This document shows positions 28,532 through 38,416 of a stretch of 64,000 nt of DNA, one piece after another. Each line of letters starts with the position of its first letter. Position 1 is the first letter of the stretch. Position numbers and translations under genes: made by a program. The stretch is from an uncultured Armatimonadia bacterium. GTDB taxonomy: Bacteria; Armatimonadota; Zipacnadia; CAZGSV01. Below the pieces are notes generated by a model. That model saw only the letters and a list, made by a program, of their open reading frames with translations, did no database searches and was not told the origin of the DNA. The stretch is taken from the NCBI GenBank assembly GCA_964528605.1, contig CAZGSV010000003.1:2094-66093 (forward strand), given 5' to 3'.

Positions 28532-29623
28532 TCAGGACAACGCCCGCTCCGTCTCGCGGTCGAAGAGGTGCATCCGCGCCTGGTCAATGGCAAAATGGAC
28601 CGTCGCTCCCATCGCCGGCTTGAACGTCGGCGGCGTCTTGGCGCGGATGATCTGCTCGCCAACCTTGAGATCAATGATGTTCTCCGAACCCAGCGGCTCG
28701 ACCACATAGACCTCCGCCGGCAGCCAGCCTCCGGGCGCGTCGGTGGACACCGCCACGTCTTCCGGCCGCGCGCCGAGCACCAGCGCCCGTCCCGCGCCCT
28801 GCTGCGTCATCTCGGGACCGAGCGGCGGCGTCAGCCTCAGTTGGAACTGCGCGCGCGTGGCGTTCAGCGCCGCGCCGTCGCCGCTCACGGTGCAGTCCAC
28901 GAAGTTCATGCCGGGGCTGCCGACGAAGTGCGCGACGAACAAGGTCTGCGGGTTGTCGTAGACCTGCGCCGGCGTGCCGACCTGCTGCAGCAGCCCGTTG
29001 CTCATCACCGCGATGCGGTCGGCCATGGACATCGCTTCCACCTGGTCGTGCGTGACGTAAACGGTGGTGGCGTGCAGGTCCACTTGCAGGCGCTTGAGTT
29101 CCGCGCGCATCTCCTCCCGCAGTTTGGCGTCGAGCGTGCTCAGCGGCTCGTCCATGAGGAAGGCGCGCGGGCGCCGCACCATCGCTCTTCCCAGCGCCAC
29201 GCGCTGCATCTCGCCCCCGGAGAGTTGGCCGGGCCTGCGCGAGAGCAGGTCGCCGATGTGCAGCACCTCGGCGACCTCCCTCACCGCGCGCTCTATCTGG
29301 TCGCGCGGCGTGCGCTGGGCGCGCAAGGGGAAGGCGATGTTGTTGTAGACGGTCAGGTGCGGATAGAGCGCGTACATCTGGAACACGAAGGCGATGTCGC
29401 GATCCGCGGGAGAGAGGTTGGTCACCGGCTGCTCGCCGATGTGGATCTCACCCTCATCGGGCCGGACCAGGCCCGCGATGCAGCGCAGCGTGGTGGTCTT
29501 ACCGCTGCCGGAGGGACCCAGCAGAACCATGAACTCGCCGTCCTGAATGTCCAGGTCCACTCCGGCGACGGCCACCGTGGCGCCGTAGCGTTTTCTCAAG
29601 CCGCGTATCTTGATGGATGCCAT
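28532..29623 (-). CDS. sugar ABC transporter ATP-binding protein (MalK/UgpC-type with C-terminal TOBE domain)
   Basis: Walker A GPSGSGKTT, signature LSGGEMQRVALGRA, Walker B FLMDEPLS. ATG (MASIKIRGL) at 29623. Confidence 0.9.
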   Translation of the reverse strand: MASIKIRGLRKRYGATVAVAGVDLDIQDGEFMVLLGPSGSGKTTTLRCIAGLVRPDEGEIHIGEQPVTNLSPADRDIAFVFQMYALYPHLTVYNNIAFPLRAQRTPRDQIERAVREVAEVLHIGDLLSRRPGQLSGGEMQRVALGRAMVRRPRAFLMDEPLSTLDAKLREEMRAELKRLQVDLHATTVYVTHDQVEAMSMADRIAVMSNGLLQQVGTPAQVYDNPQTLFVAHFVGSPGMNFVDCTVSGDGAALNATRAQFQLRLTPPLGPEMTQQGAGRALVLGARPEDVAVSTDAPGGWLPAEVYVVEPLGSENIIDLKVGEQIIRAKTPPTFKPAMGATVHFAIDQARMHLFDRETERALS

Positions 29624-29631
29624 CAGCGTTC

Positions 29632-30489
29632 CTAACGACGCACGGCGCCGAAGGTGACGCCGCGCAGGAGATGGTTGCGCACCAGGAAGGTGAATACCAG
29701 CACCGGCAGCAACATGACAAACCCGGAGGCGGAGACCTCGCCCCACTGGATGCCCTCGGGCCGTATCTTGCCGACGATCTCGGGGGGGGCGGTGCGCGCG
29801 TTGGCGCCGGTGAGCACGAGCGCAAAGGCGAACTCGTTCCAGGCGGTTATCAGGCAGAAGACGGCGGTGGCGGCCATGGCGGGGATGGCCTGCGGCAGCA
29901 CTACCTTGAAGAAGGCGCGCGCGCGCGAATAGCCGTCGCACATTGCCGCTTCCTCGTAGTCCGCGGGAATCTCGTCAATGAACCCCTTCATCATCCACAC
30001 GGCAAAGGCCATGTTGAAGACAGTGTACAGGAAGATCATGCCCAGATGGGTGTCGCGCAGGCCCCAGTCGCGGTACATGAGGAAGACGGGGATGACGATG
30101 GCGATGGGCGGGAGCATGCGCGTGCTCAGGATGAAGAAGAGCAGGTCGGCCTTGCCCTTCATGGGGAAGCGCGAGAAGGCATAGGCGGCGAGGGTGCCGA
30201 GCAGAACGGCCAAGATGGTGCTGATGGTGCCGATGATGATGCTGTTGGCCAGCCGGCTGGGGAACTCGGTGGCGCCGGCCAACTGCCCCTTGGCCACGAA
30301 GACGTTGCGGTAGTTGAGCAGGGTGGGCTTGAAGAGATGCTTGGGAGGCATGGCGAAAACGTCGCCCGGCGCCTTCAGCGAGGTGGCCAGCATCCACAGG
30401 ATGGGGAACAGGTAGAACAGCAGGGCACCCAGGAGAATGACGAGCACGAGGACGCGCCAGAGCCCGAGCCCGGCCCTGGGCCTCACCAT
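29632..30489 (-). CDS. sugar ABC transporter permease (MalG/UgpE-type)
   Basis: EAAMCDG...RAFFKVVLP EAA loop. 286 aa from the ATG at 30489. Confidence 0.85.
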   Translation of the reverse strand: MVRPRAGLGLWRVLVLVILLGALLFYLFPILWMLATSLKAPGDVFAMPPKHLFKPTLLNYRNVFVAKGQLAGATEFPSRLANSIIIGTISTILAVLLGTLAAYAFSRFPMKGKADLLFFILSTRMLPPIAIVIPVFLMYRDWGLRDTHLGMIFLYTVFNMAFAVWMMKGFIDEIPADYEEAAMCDGYSRARAFFKVVLPQAIPAMAATAVFCLITAWNEFAFALVLTGANARTAPPEIVGKIRPEGIQWGEVSASGFVMLLPVLVFTFLVRNHLLRGVTFGAVRR

Positions 30490-30511
30490 GTCCACGGCGC
30501 CACCCCCGCCC

Positions 30512-30547
30512 GAGTAGACAGTAGCCGGTAGACGGTAGGTGTAGTAC
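30512..30547. promoter_or_regulatory. ACAGTAG/ACGGTAG direct repeats (14-nt phasing) 23 nt upstream of the permease start
   Basis: GAGTAGACAGTAGCCGGTAGACGGTAGGTGTAGTAC read directly. Further copies at 30657-30669 and 30739-30751 in the same 265-nt intra-operon gap. Confidence 0.4.
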
Positions 30548-30754
30548 TCACGCAGGTTGTTGACACTTTGGGGCAGAGAAGAGGGCGTTGCGACACTGGT
30601 AGTAGGGGCGGCATCTTCTGCCGCCCGCCGGCTGTGCGGACGCGATAAGATGGTGTCCCTACTGTCCCCTCCCGCATCGTGCCAGGCACGCCTTGACCCT
30701 CCTTCGGTCTGGTCGTCTGCCTCTCTCTGCCGCCTGCCACCTACTGTCTGCCTC

Positions 30755-31693
30755 CTATTGGCCTGCGGCCTTCGCCAGGCGCCGCACATAGATGTTGGAC
30801 AGCCCGATGATGATCACCAGCAAGACGTACGCCAGCGCGCATGAGCGTCCGGTCGCGAAGTGCTCGAAGGCGTCGCGGTAGAGGAGCAGCGAGACGGTCG
30901 CGGTGCTGGTGCCCGGCTGGCCGCCGGTGAGGCTGTAGACCAGGTCGAAGAGTTTGAAGGCGTCCATGGTGCGAAAGAGCAGCGCGATGATGAGCAGCGG
31001 CCAGACCAAAGGCAGCGTGACGTGCCGGAACTTGAACCAGCCCGAAGCCCGGTCCACCTCCGCCGCCTCGTAGAGCGACTGCGGCACCGCCGAAAGCCCC
31101 GCCAGCGATATGAGCATGATGAAGGGCGACCACATCCAGGTGTCCACGACGATGAGCGCGGCCAAGGCGGTGTTGCCGTGGGACAGCCAGGCGACGCGAG
31201 GTAGGTGCAGCAGGCTGAGGTAGTAACCCAGTATCCCCCAGTTGGGGTCGAGCATGAACTTCCAGAAGAGACCCACGACGGCGGGGCAGAGCATCATCGG
31301 CGTGAGCATCAGTGTGCTCACCAGCCCCCGCCCGCGAAAGCGGTTTTGCAGCAGCAGCGCCAACCCGAAACCGATCGCGAACTGGAGCGCCACGGCGCCC
31401 ACCACGAACTCCGCGGTGGTGGTGAAGTGAGACCACACGTAAGTGCTGGAGAGCAGCTCGCGGTAGTTGCCCGCGCCCACGTAGTGCGATTCGGCCCCCA
31501 CCATGGCGCTGTACTCGCGGAAAGAAAGGTAGAGCGACCACACCAGCGGCCGCGCCACGAAGACCACCAGCAGCGCCAGCGTAGGCAGCACGAACAGCCA
31601 CTTCAGTTGGTTGTCCGACAGTGGCCGCCGCCACAAAGGCCGCCGTCTTCCGCGCCCCTGTGCCTCCACCGGTGCGGCTTGGCTAAGGCTCAA
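30755..31693 (-). CDS. sugar ABC transporter permease (MalF/UgpA-type)
   Basis: EAAEVDRASGWFKFRHVTLP EAA loop, six TM helices. Start codon uncertain. Confidence 0.85.
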   Translation of the reverse strand: MSLSQAAPVEAQGRGRRRPLWRRPLSDNQLKWLFVLPTLALLVVFVARPLVWSLYLSFREYSAMVGAESHYVGAGNYRELLSSTYVWSHFTTTAEFVVGAVALQFAIGFGLALLLQNRFRGRGLVSTLMLTPMMLCPAVVGLFWKFMLDPNWGILGYYLSLLHLPRVAWLSHGNTALAALIVVDTWMWSPFIMLISLAGLSAVPQSLYEAAEVDRASGWFKFRHVTLPLVWPLLIIALLFRTMDAFKLFDLVYSLTGGQPGTSTATVSLLLYRDAFEHFATGRSCALAYVLLVIIIGLSNIYVRRLAKAAGQ

Positions 31694-31738
31694 CGGCTCC
31701 GCTGCCTCCGCGCCCGGTGCAATGCCTGCAAACCTGGC

Positions 31739-33097
31739 CTACTTGTAATACCCGGCCTTCTCAAGGAGGACCTGCTGCTTGTCGGCGATGGTGTCCAGGG
31801 CCTCCTTGGGGCTCATCTGCCCTACCACGGCCCCGTTCAGATACTCCTGCATGTAGTCGAGCATCTGCGCATACTCCGGCATGTTCCAGAAGTCTTTCAG
31901 CAGCGGCAGGCTCTCGCGCAGCGGCCCATTGTAGGGTTTCGCCTTGAGGAAGCGATCGGTGTTGAGGATGGACTTCTTGCCGGTGTAGCCGCCGCCGTCC
32001 ACCCACTTCCACTGCGTCTCGTCGGACTGGAACCAGTCAATGAACTGCAAGGCTTCCTTCTGGTGCTTGGAGTAGGTGCAAACGCCGATGCCTTGTCCGC
32101 CCAGAGAGACGAAGTGCTTCTCCGCGCGCGGGCACACGGCGAAGCCCACTTTGTCGGCGACTTTCGAGTTCTGCGGATCCAGATAGGAAGGCATGAAAGC
32201 GAACCAGTTGACCCCCATGGCGACGAGCCCTTCCTGCACCGCGCGGTTGACCTCGTCGAAGCCATAGGTGGCGGAGCCGGAAGGGGCGAACTTATAGAGG
32301 CTCTTGTAGAACTCGAGCGCCTTGACCGCCGCGGGGGAGTTGAGGTAGCCGCGCACCTCGTGGGTCACCGGGTCCCAGAGGTCGCCGCCGAAGCACCACA
32401 GAATCTGGTTCCAGTCGGTGGAGATGCAGTCACCGGCGCGGGTGAACTTGGTGGCCAAACCGTAGAGTTTGGGCGGGCGGGTGAAGAACTGCGCGATGTC
32501 GCGCAGGTGCGCCCAGGTCTCTGGCGGCTTCAGGTCGTAGCCGTACTTGGCCTTGAAGGCAGCCTGCTCCTTCGGGTTCTCAAAGAGGTCCTTGCGGTAC
32601 ACCAGGCCCAGCGCATCTTGCTCGCAGGTGACGGCGTAGTAGCGGTTGCTGCCGGAAGGGTATTCGCCGTACGCCTTGAAGGTGGCCTCGTAGTAGTCCT
32701 CGGGCTTGATGTTCTTGGCCTCGCTCTTGATCCAGTCGGTCAGTTGCAGCAGGTGGCCGCCGGTGACCATCTCGCCCACCCACTGGCTGTCCACGACAAT
32801 CAGGTCCCAGGAAGACCCCTTGGCGTGCATCTCGGTGAAGAGGCGGCCGTGATACTGGTCGTAGGGCACGTAGTCCCCCTTCACCACGATGCCGGTCTTC
32901 TTGGTGAAGTCCTCGGCCACCTTGGTCAGCAGTTCGGCGGGCTGCCACTGGAACCAAGTGACGCTGAGGGTGATGCCCTTGCCGGGCCCGGCAGGGCCTG
33001 CGGCCCGCTCGCCCTTCTTGGCACAGCCGAAAGCGATAAGGGCGCCGGTCAGGGACAGCACGGCGAGCAGCACAATTCGCTTACGCACTTGTATCAA
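31739..33097 (-). CDS. ABC transporter extracellular solute-binding lipoprotein (family 1, sugar)
   Basis: Lipobox LIAFGCAK. 452 aa. Family-1 SBP-like composition. Confidence 0.8.
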   Translation of the reverse strand: MIQVRKRIVLLAVLSLTGALIAFGCAKKGERAAGPAGPGKGITLSVTWFQWQPAELLTKVAEDFTKKTGIVVKGDYVPYDQYHGRLFTEMHAKGSSWDLIVVDSQWVGEMVTGGHLLQLTDWIKSEAKNIKPEDYYEATFKAYGEYPSGSNRYYAVTCEQDALGLVYRKDLFENPKEQAAFKAKYGYDLKPPETWAHLRDIAQFFTRPPKLYGLATKFTRAGDCISTDWNQILWCFGGDLWDPVTHEVRGYLNSPAAVKALEFYKSLYKFAPSGSATYGFDEVNRAVQEGLVAMGVNWFAFMPSYLDPQNSKVADKVGFAVCPRAEKHFVSLGGQGIGVCTYSKHQKEALQFIDWFQSDETQWKWVDGGGYTGKKSILNTDRFLKAKPYNGPLRESLPLLKDFWNMPEYAQMLDYMQEYLNGAVVGQMSPKEALDTIADKQQVLLEKAGYYK

Positions 33098-33268
33098 CCC
33101 CCCTGTGTGGGCGCGACTTTACGGCAGTTGCTTGCGGGCGTCAAGGAGCCGCGGGCCGATGTCGGAGATGCCCAACCAGCCCCGACGGGAGGGCCGGGCG
33201 GCCCTCCCCTACGAATCGCGACCCAGCGGGTGCGGGGCTCCTGCACTGGAAGACTCGGCGAATCGCCG

Positions 33269-34390
33269 CTACGGAGCAGCCGGGAACAGGCGGTCGGTGC
33301 GCGGATTGGGCACGGGCACCGGCGCGCCGCCGCGGGCAATGGATTCCTGCGAGGCCATGTCGCAGAGAGTCATGTCCAGTGTCCTGAACACGTCTATCGG
33401 AGGGTCGGTGTCGTTGATGATGCTCCGGACGAACTCGTAGGCAACGAAGTAGTCGCCCCCACCGTGCCCGGCAGCCGCCGCTTTCTCGCTTAGGCTGCGC
33501 CACGGCTCGGGCATGAACTCGGCCTCGAAATCCCAGAGCGAGTGCCACTGGTTCTCGTCCTCGCCATGGAAATCCTCGACCCATACTTTGTGCTCATCGC
33601 CGAAGCCGCGCGCCGCTTCGTAGCAGCCCTTGGCGCCCTGAAGCAGATACCAGGTCATGTTGTGCGGACGCTTGGAGACGCTATCGTGGCCGATGACTAT
33701 GAGGTGGCCCTTCTCGGTCTGGCACAGCATCACCGTGGTGTCGTCCATCCGCCCTCGCTTCCAGCGGTGCATGCCCGAGCCCATGCAGCACACTGTTCTG
33801 ACTCTCTCCTGCATCCAGTTCAGGCAGGGCCCGAGGCTGTGAGTGCCGTAGGTAGAGCCGCGTTTCCGCGCGCGCAGGTCGCCGCGCCAGGTGAGCGATC
33901 CGTCCGGGTTGGCGTAGAGCGAGACGCAGTCGTGGAGGTAGGCGCCCTCGCAATAGTGCACCTCGCCGAAAAGCCCGGCCTCCACCATCCCGCGGACCAA
34001 CTGCTGCGCCTTACCGTAGACGTAGTTTTCCGCCATCATGTACTTGGCGCTGCTCGCGCGCACCGCGTCCAGCAATTGCTGGCACTCCTCCAGATTCGTC
34101 GCGGCGTTGACCTCGCAGAGCACATGAATGCCCCGCTCCAGGGCCGCGACCGACTGCGGCACGTGCGCCGGCATAGGCGAGGCCACCACGAGCGCGTCAA
34201 TCCCGGACTCAAGCAGCGCCTCAAAATCGGTGAACTGGTGCTTGACCCCCAGGGCCGCGGCGCCACGCGCCAGGTTCTCGGGATCGGGGTCCATCAGCGC
34301 CCAGTTGGTGACGCCTTCTAGGGAGCCGATGTGACCGAAGGAAGGGGCGCGCCGCGCGCCCGTAAAGCCGACCTTCAACTCGTGACGCAT
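33269..34390 (-). CDS. Gfo/Idh/MocA-family oxidoreductase
   Basis: ATG at 34390 (MRHELKVGFTG...). EVNAATN/Rossmann pattern. Confidence 0.7.
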   Translation of the reverse strand: MRHELKVGFTGARRAPSFGHIGSLEGVTNWALMDPDPENLARGAAALGVKHQFTDFEALLESGIDALVVASPMPAHVPQSVAALERGIHVLCEVNAATNLEECQQLLDAVRASSAKYMMAENYVYGKAQQLVRGMVEAGLFGEVHYCEGAYLHDCVSLYANPDGSLTWRGDLRARKRGSTYGTHSLGPCLNWMQERVRTVCCMGSGMHRWKRGRMDDTTVMLCQTEKGHLIVIGHDSVSKRPHNMTWYLLQGAKGCYEAARGFGDEHKVWVEDFHGEDENQWHSLWDFEAEFMPEPWRSLSEKAAAAGHGGGDYFVAYEFVRSIINDTDPPIDVFRTLDMTLCDMASQESIARGGAPVPVPNPRTDRLFPAAP

Positions 34391-34418
34391 CGCCGGTCTC
34401 CCGCTCGAGCGGTCGCCG

Positions 34419-35384
34419 TCACTCTCCCGCCGCTCGGCGCAGCACGCCCCAGACGCCGTCCCAGTCATCGGCCCCCGGGCAGTTGCTCAGGTTGGTCTGC
34501 TGCGTGCCGTCAGCGCGCATCTTGTACTGTTCGATGTTGCCGTCGCGGTCACTCTCGAAGAGCAGCCAGCGGGCGTCCGGGCTCCAGGCCGGCCAGCTCT
34601 CCCACGCCGGATTGTTGCTCAGGTTCTTCAGGCCGGTGCCGTCGGTGTTCACCCCGTAGATCTCGTGGTTGCCGTCACGATCGGTGGCAAAGGCAATCTG
34701 ATTGCCGCGCGGCGACCACGCAGGCCAGGAGTCCCAGGCCGCGTTGTTGGTCAGGTTCCGCGGCTGCGTGCCGTCGGCCCGCATGATGTAGATCTCGGAG
34801 TTGCCGTCGCGGTCGGTGCGGAAGACTATCTGCCGCCCGTTGGGTGCAAACCAGGGGCGGTCGTCCTTAGCGGGATTGTTGGTGATGTTGCGGAGGTTGG
34901 AGCCGTCGGCATTCATCAAGTAGATGTCGTCGTTGCCGGTGCGGTCGCTGACGAACGCAATCGTGCGTCCATCCGGCGACCAGGCGGGCTGGCAGTCGCT
35001 AGCGGGATCGAAGGTGAGTTGCCGCTGGTTGGAGCCATCGGCGTTCATGACCCAGATATCGCCGGCCGGCAGGTACTCCGAGGGCCCGGCGCTGGAGACG
35101 AACGCGATCTTCCTGCCGTCAGGCGACCAGAAGGGCTCCGCGTCGCTGGTGTCGGGGCGGTTGGTGATGTTGCGTTGACCGGTGCCGTCGGTGTTCATCA
35201 GGTAGACGTCCCAGTCGCCGGTGCGATTCGAAGCGAAGGCCACCAGGTCGCCGCGCACCGGCCCCGAGACGCCCATCACCGGCTCATCGGTGACCACCCC
35301 TCCTCCGCACCCCCAGACCGTGAGTGCTCCGAGCGCCAGCACAAGCCAAGCCAACGTGCGAGTGCAACTGCGCAGAACAGTCAT
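34419..35384 (-). CDS. PD40/TolB-like beta-propeller lipoprotein
   Basis: Lipobox VWGCGGG. Five or more repeats of the form DGxxIAFxSDRDGNxEIY. Confidence 0.65.
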   Translation of the reverse strand: MTVLRSCTRTLAWLVLALGALTVWGCGGGVVTDEPVMGVSGPVRGDLVAFASNRTGDWDVYLMNTDGTGQRNITNRPDTSDAEPFWSPDGRKIAFVSSAGPSEYLPAGDIWVMNADGSNQRQLTFDPASDCQPAWSPDGRTIAFVSDRTGNDDIYLMNADGSNLRNITNNPAKDDRPWFAPNGRQIVFRTDRDGNSEIYIMRADGTQPRNLTNNAAWDSWPAWSPRGNQIAFATDRDGNHEIYGVNTDGTGLKNLSNNPAWESWPAWSPDARWLLFESDRDGNIEQYKMRADGTQQTNLSNCPGADDWDGVWGVLRRAAGE

Positions 35385-35612
35385 CCTCGACTCCCCCATC
35401 CTGAAGTTTGGCATGGATTCTAGCCGTCGGAGCCGGACGGCGCAATGACGGCGTACCTGCCCCGTAGGGGACGGCCGCCTGGTTTACCAGCCGAAGGAGG
35501 GCCGTCCCGTGTGCGCGAATCTGCCGGCCACGCGGCACGAGGGCGGGCACGGTGGCCCGCCCCTACGCAAGACAAGCACCGGTAGGAGCCCGGCTCAGAC
35601 GGGTCGCGAGGG

Positions 35613-36527
35613 CTACGGCGGCCCCATAATGCCATCCCAATCGGTCGCCGCCGGGTAATTGCTCAGATTGGTCGGCTCGCTCCCGTCAGGACGCATCTTG
35701 TACTGTTCGATGTCCCCGTCCCGGTCGCTTTCGAAGAGAATCCACTGCCCGTCGGGGCTCCACTCGGGCCAGGTCTCGTTCGCCGGATTGACGGTCAGCC
35801 TCGTTAGGCCGCTGCCGTCCCGGCTCATCACGTATATCTCCTTCATGTCCCCCGGCCCATCCCGGTTCGTGGCAAAGGCGATCTGCTGTCCATTGGGGGA
35901 CCACGAGGGCCAGCCGTCCCAGGCCGGATTCTTGGTCAGGTTGCGCAGGTCGGTGCCGTTCGCGCGCATCAGATAGACCTCGGAGTTGCCGTCGCGCCAA
36001 CTGCGAAAGGCGATCTCGCTGCCATCAGGTGCGAAGCGCGGATGGGTGTCCGCCGTCGGATCGTCAATGATCTTCCGGAGGTTGGAGCCGTCCGGGTTCA
36101 CCATCCATATGCCCCCGCTGCCTCCCTTGTTGGAGGAGAACGCGATGGTGCTGCCGTCGGGGGACCACGCCGGCTGGCCAGCCTCGGCCGCATCGTAGAT
36201 GACCTGGCGCTGGTTCGATCCGTCCGCGTTCATCACGCAGATCACCGCGACGTAAGGTTCTACGCGGCTGCCGGACACGAAGGCGATCTGCCGGCCGTCT
36301 GGAGACCAGAAGGGCTCGTCCTCATCGCTGTACGGCCGGTTGGTGAGGTTGCGCTGCCCGGAGCCGTCGGCATTCATCACGAAGATCTCCCAGTCGCCGG
36401 TGCGGTCGGATGAGAACGCGATCAACGGCCCTCCGCCCGCGCTGGTCCCGCACCCGCACATGACTCCCACTGCCATCAACGCCGCCGCCAGCCCCACACC
36501 CAACAGCACGCTCCGATAGCCCTGCAT
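35613..36527 (-). CDS. PD40/TolB-like beta-propeller lipoprotein (paralog of the preceding gene)
   Basis: Lipobox GVMCGCG and the same repeat architecture. Shared C-terminal motif NLSNxPxAxDWDG. Confidence 0.65.
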   Translation of the reverse strand: MQGYRSVLLGVGLAAALMAVGVMCGCGTSAGGGPLIAFSSDRTGDWEIFVMNADGSGQRNLTNRPYSDEDEPFWSPDGRQIAFVSGSRVEPYVAVICVMNADGSNQRQVIYDAAEAGQPAWSPDGSTIAFSSNKGGSGGIWMVNPDGSNLRKIIDDPTADTHPRFAPDGSEIAFRSWRDGNSEVYLMRANGTDLRNLTKNPAWDGWPSWSPNGQQIAFATNRDGPGDMKEIYVMSRDGSGLTRLTVNPANETWPEWSPDGQWILFESDRDGDIEQYKMRPDGSEPTNLSNYPAATDWDGIMGPP

Positions 36528-36708
36528 CTTTGACCCCTCCTTAGCCGGGTTCCGGGGCCTATTGTACTCGGGGCGGTCAACCCGTGCGAGCCGTAGCGCC
36601 AACCCCCCGCTTGCCCGCCTCAGGAGGGTGGTTGCCCTCCTGGCGACCGGCTTGCCTAGCGACTCTTCCCGGCGGCAGCGCGCTGGCGGCGGAAAATGGT
36701 TCCTGTCC

Positions 36709-37239
36709 CTATTTCCCGCCGAGGGTTCTGCGCACGGTGTCCCACCGCTCCTCGCCGGCGCCCTCCACGTAGGAAGGCTGGAAGCCCATCTTCAGGTACA
36801 TCCTGACCGCCGGCAGGCGAAAGTCGTCCGTGCGCAGGTACACTTCCTTGCACCCGTGCTCGGCGGAGTAATGCATCACCGCGAGCGAGCACACCTTCGC
36901 CAGCCCCTTGCCCTGGTGCTCCGGTTTGGTGGCCACCATGTGCAGTTGGATGACCTCGCGGCTACTGGGATCGTCGAGAAAGGCGCAGGCAGTGGAGACG
37001 GGCGTGCCGTCCCAAGTGGCGAAGAACATCGCCTCGCGGATGAAGCGAGGCGACTCCGTGATGTCTCTCCGGACCTTCTCCGCCGTCCAGGATCCCATTT
37101 GCCCCGTGCTGTTCATGATGTCGGCCCAGTGCTGCTCGTCGCCTTGCCGATAGGTGCGCAGTTCGTAGCCTGCCGGGGCTTCGACCGGCGGCAGACGGGC
37201 GAAATTGGTCATAGCCATTCTCAACTGTGGCTGGGGCAT
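36709..37239 (-). CDS. GNAT-family N-acetyltransferase
   Basis: 176 aa; QGKGLAKV motif-A-like segment. Confidence 0.65.
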   Translation of the reverse strand: MPQPQLRMAMTNFARLPPVEAPAGYELRTYRQGDEQHWADIMNSTGQMGSWTAEKVRRDITESPRFIREAMFFATWDGTPVSTACAFLDDPSSREVIQLHMVATKPEHQGKGLAKVCSLAVMHYSAEHGCKEVYLRTDDFRLPAVRMYLKMGFQPSYVEGAGEERWDTVRRTLGGK

Positions 37240-37488
37240 GCGGTTGCCTCGCTCGCGATTGGTGGGCGCATCTTAGCGGCGCCGCGCCGCTTAGTCCACG
37301 GCACAACCTCGACGCCTGCTGCCTGCATCTTCGTCAGGAGCGCCGCTAATCCCCTCGTCCAGCTCCACACCCAGACCTCCTCTTCGTTACCCGCGGTCTG
37401 GACGACGAGCCGGATGGGCACCAAGGGCACAGCCAGTGGCCAAGCCGATTCCCACTCTGCCGCACGCCGGCGGCGGCACGCCTATCGC

Positions 37489-38226
37489 TCAGCGCGCCGG
37501 CAACCCGCGTGCCTTGAGGATTTCCCTCAGCGAGACCGCGTCCCGCACCGCGTGACCTCCGATGTCGTTGTTGAAGTAGCAGTAGGCGTCCACGCCGGGC
37601 GCCAGCTCCGCCTCCATCTTGTCTCCCCAGGCCGAGAGTTCCTCTTGCGTGTAGTGGTCGGCGTAGCGCGCTTCGGCCCCGTGAAAGCGCACATAGATGA
37701 AGGGCGCAGTCCGCACCAAGACCGCCGGGAACTTCGGCAGGGTTATCGCGCAAAAGGCGACCTTATGCCCGCGCAGTAGTTCAAACACGGGGGCCTCCAG
37801 CCACGACTTGTGCCGGAACTCCACCGCGTGCCGGTAGCCTTGGGGCAGCGCTTCCAGAAAGCGCGCGAGCCGATCGTCGTCTCGCTGCATGCTAGGGGGC
37901 AACTGCCAGAGCACCGCGCCCAGTCGCTCGCGCATGGGCTCGATGCGCTCGAAGAAGAAACGGAGGCGGTCCTGCGGCTCCTGCAAGCGCTGGCTGTGGG
38001 TGATGAGGCGGCTGCCCTTGACGGAGAAGACGAAGTCGGCGGGCGCCTTCTCCAGCCACCCCTTCACCATGCTTTCGCCGGGAACGCGGTAGAAGGTGGC
38101 GTTGATCTCGACGGTGGAGTAGCGCTCGGCGTAGTAGGCGAAAAAGCCCGCCTTCTTGAGGTCTTCGGGGTAGAGATGTCCCCGCCAATGATGGTAGAAC
38201 CAGCCGGCAGTGCCGACCCAGTTCAT
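37489..38226 (-). CDS. DUF72 (YecE-like) family protein
   Basis: MNWVGTAGWFYHHW...FYAYYAERYSTVEINATFY is the hallmark DUF72 N-terminus. ATG at 38226. Confidence 0.65.
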   Translation of the reverse strand: MNWVGTAGWFYHHWRGHLYPEDLKKAGFFAYYAERYSTVEINATFYRVPGESMVKGWLEKAPADFVFSVKGSRLITHSQRLQEPQDRLRFFFERIEPMRERLGAVLWQLPPSMQRDDDRLARFLEALPQGYRHAVEFRHKSWLEAPVFELLRGHKVAFCAITLPKFPAVLVRTAPFIYVRFHGAEARYADHYTQEELSAWGDKMEAELAPGVDAYCYFNNDIGGHAVRDAVSLREILKARGLPAR

Positions 38227-38416
38227 CGGCACCAGTCTACCACGCACGCGTTCGCTGCGGGCTACGAGCGCTCTGCCGCGCCAGGCCCGCGGGAGAGCCA
38301 TAGGCTGCGGCGTCTGGCCTCCTGCCGGGCTTCCTTTCGGCGCCCAGGTGCGTTTCCGCGCGGCGCCGTGTATTCTCTTTGGCCTACACCGATGATAGGA
38401 AAGGCGGGTGCGCCTA

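Noticed and set aside
37221-37430. 69-aa ORF on the minus strand in the GNAT-DUF72 intergenic region
   Set aside because: No RBS, Trp/Arg-rich low-complexity translation, and it overlaps a GC hairpin (AGCGGCGccgCGCCGCT). Likely non-coding.
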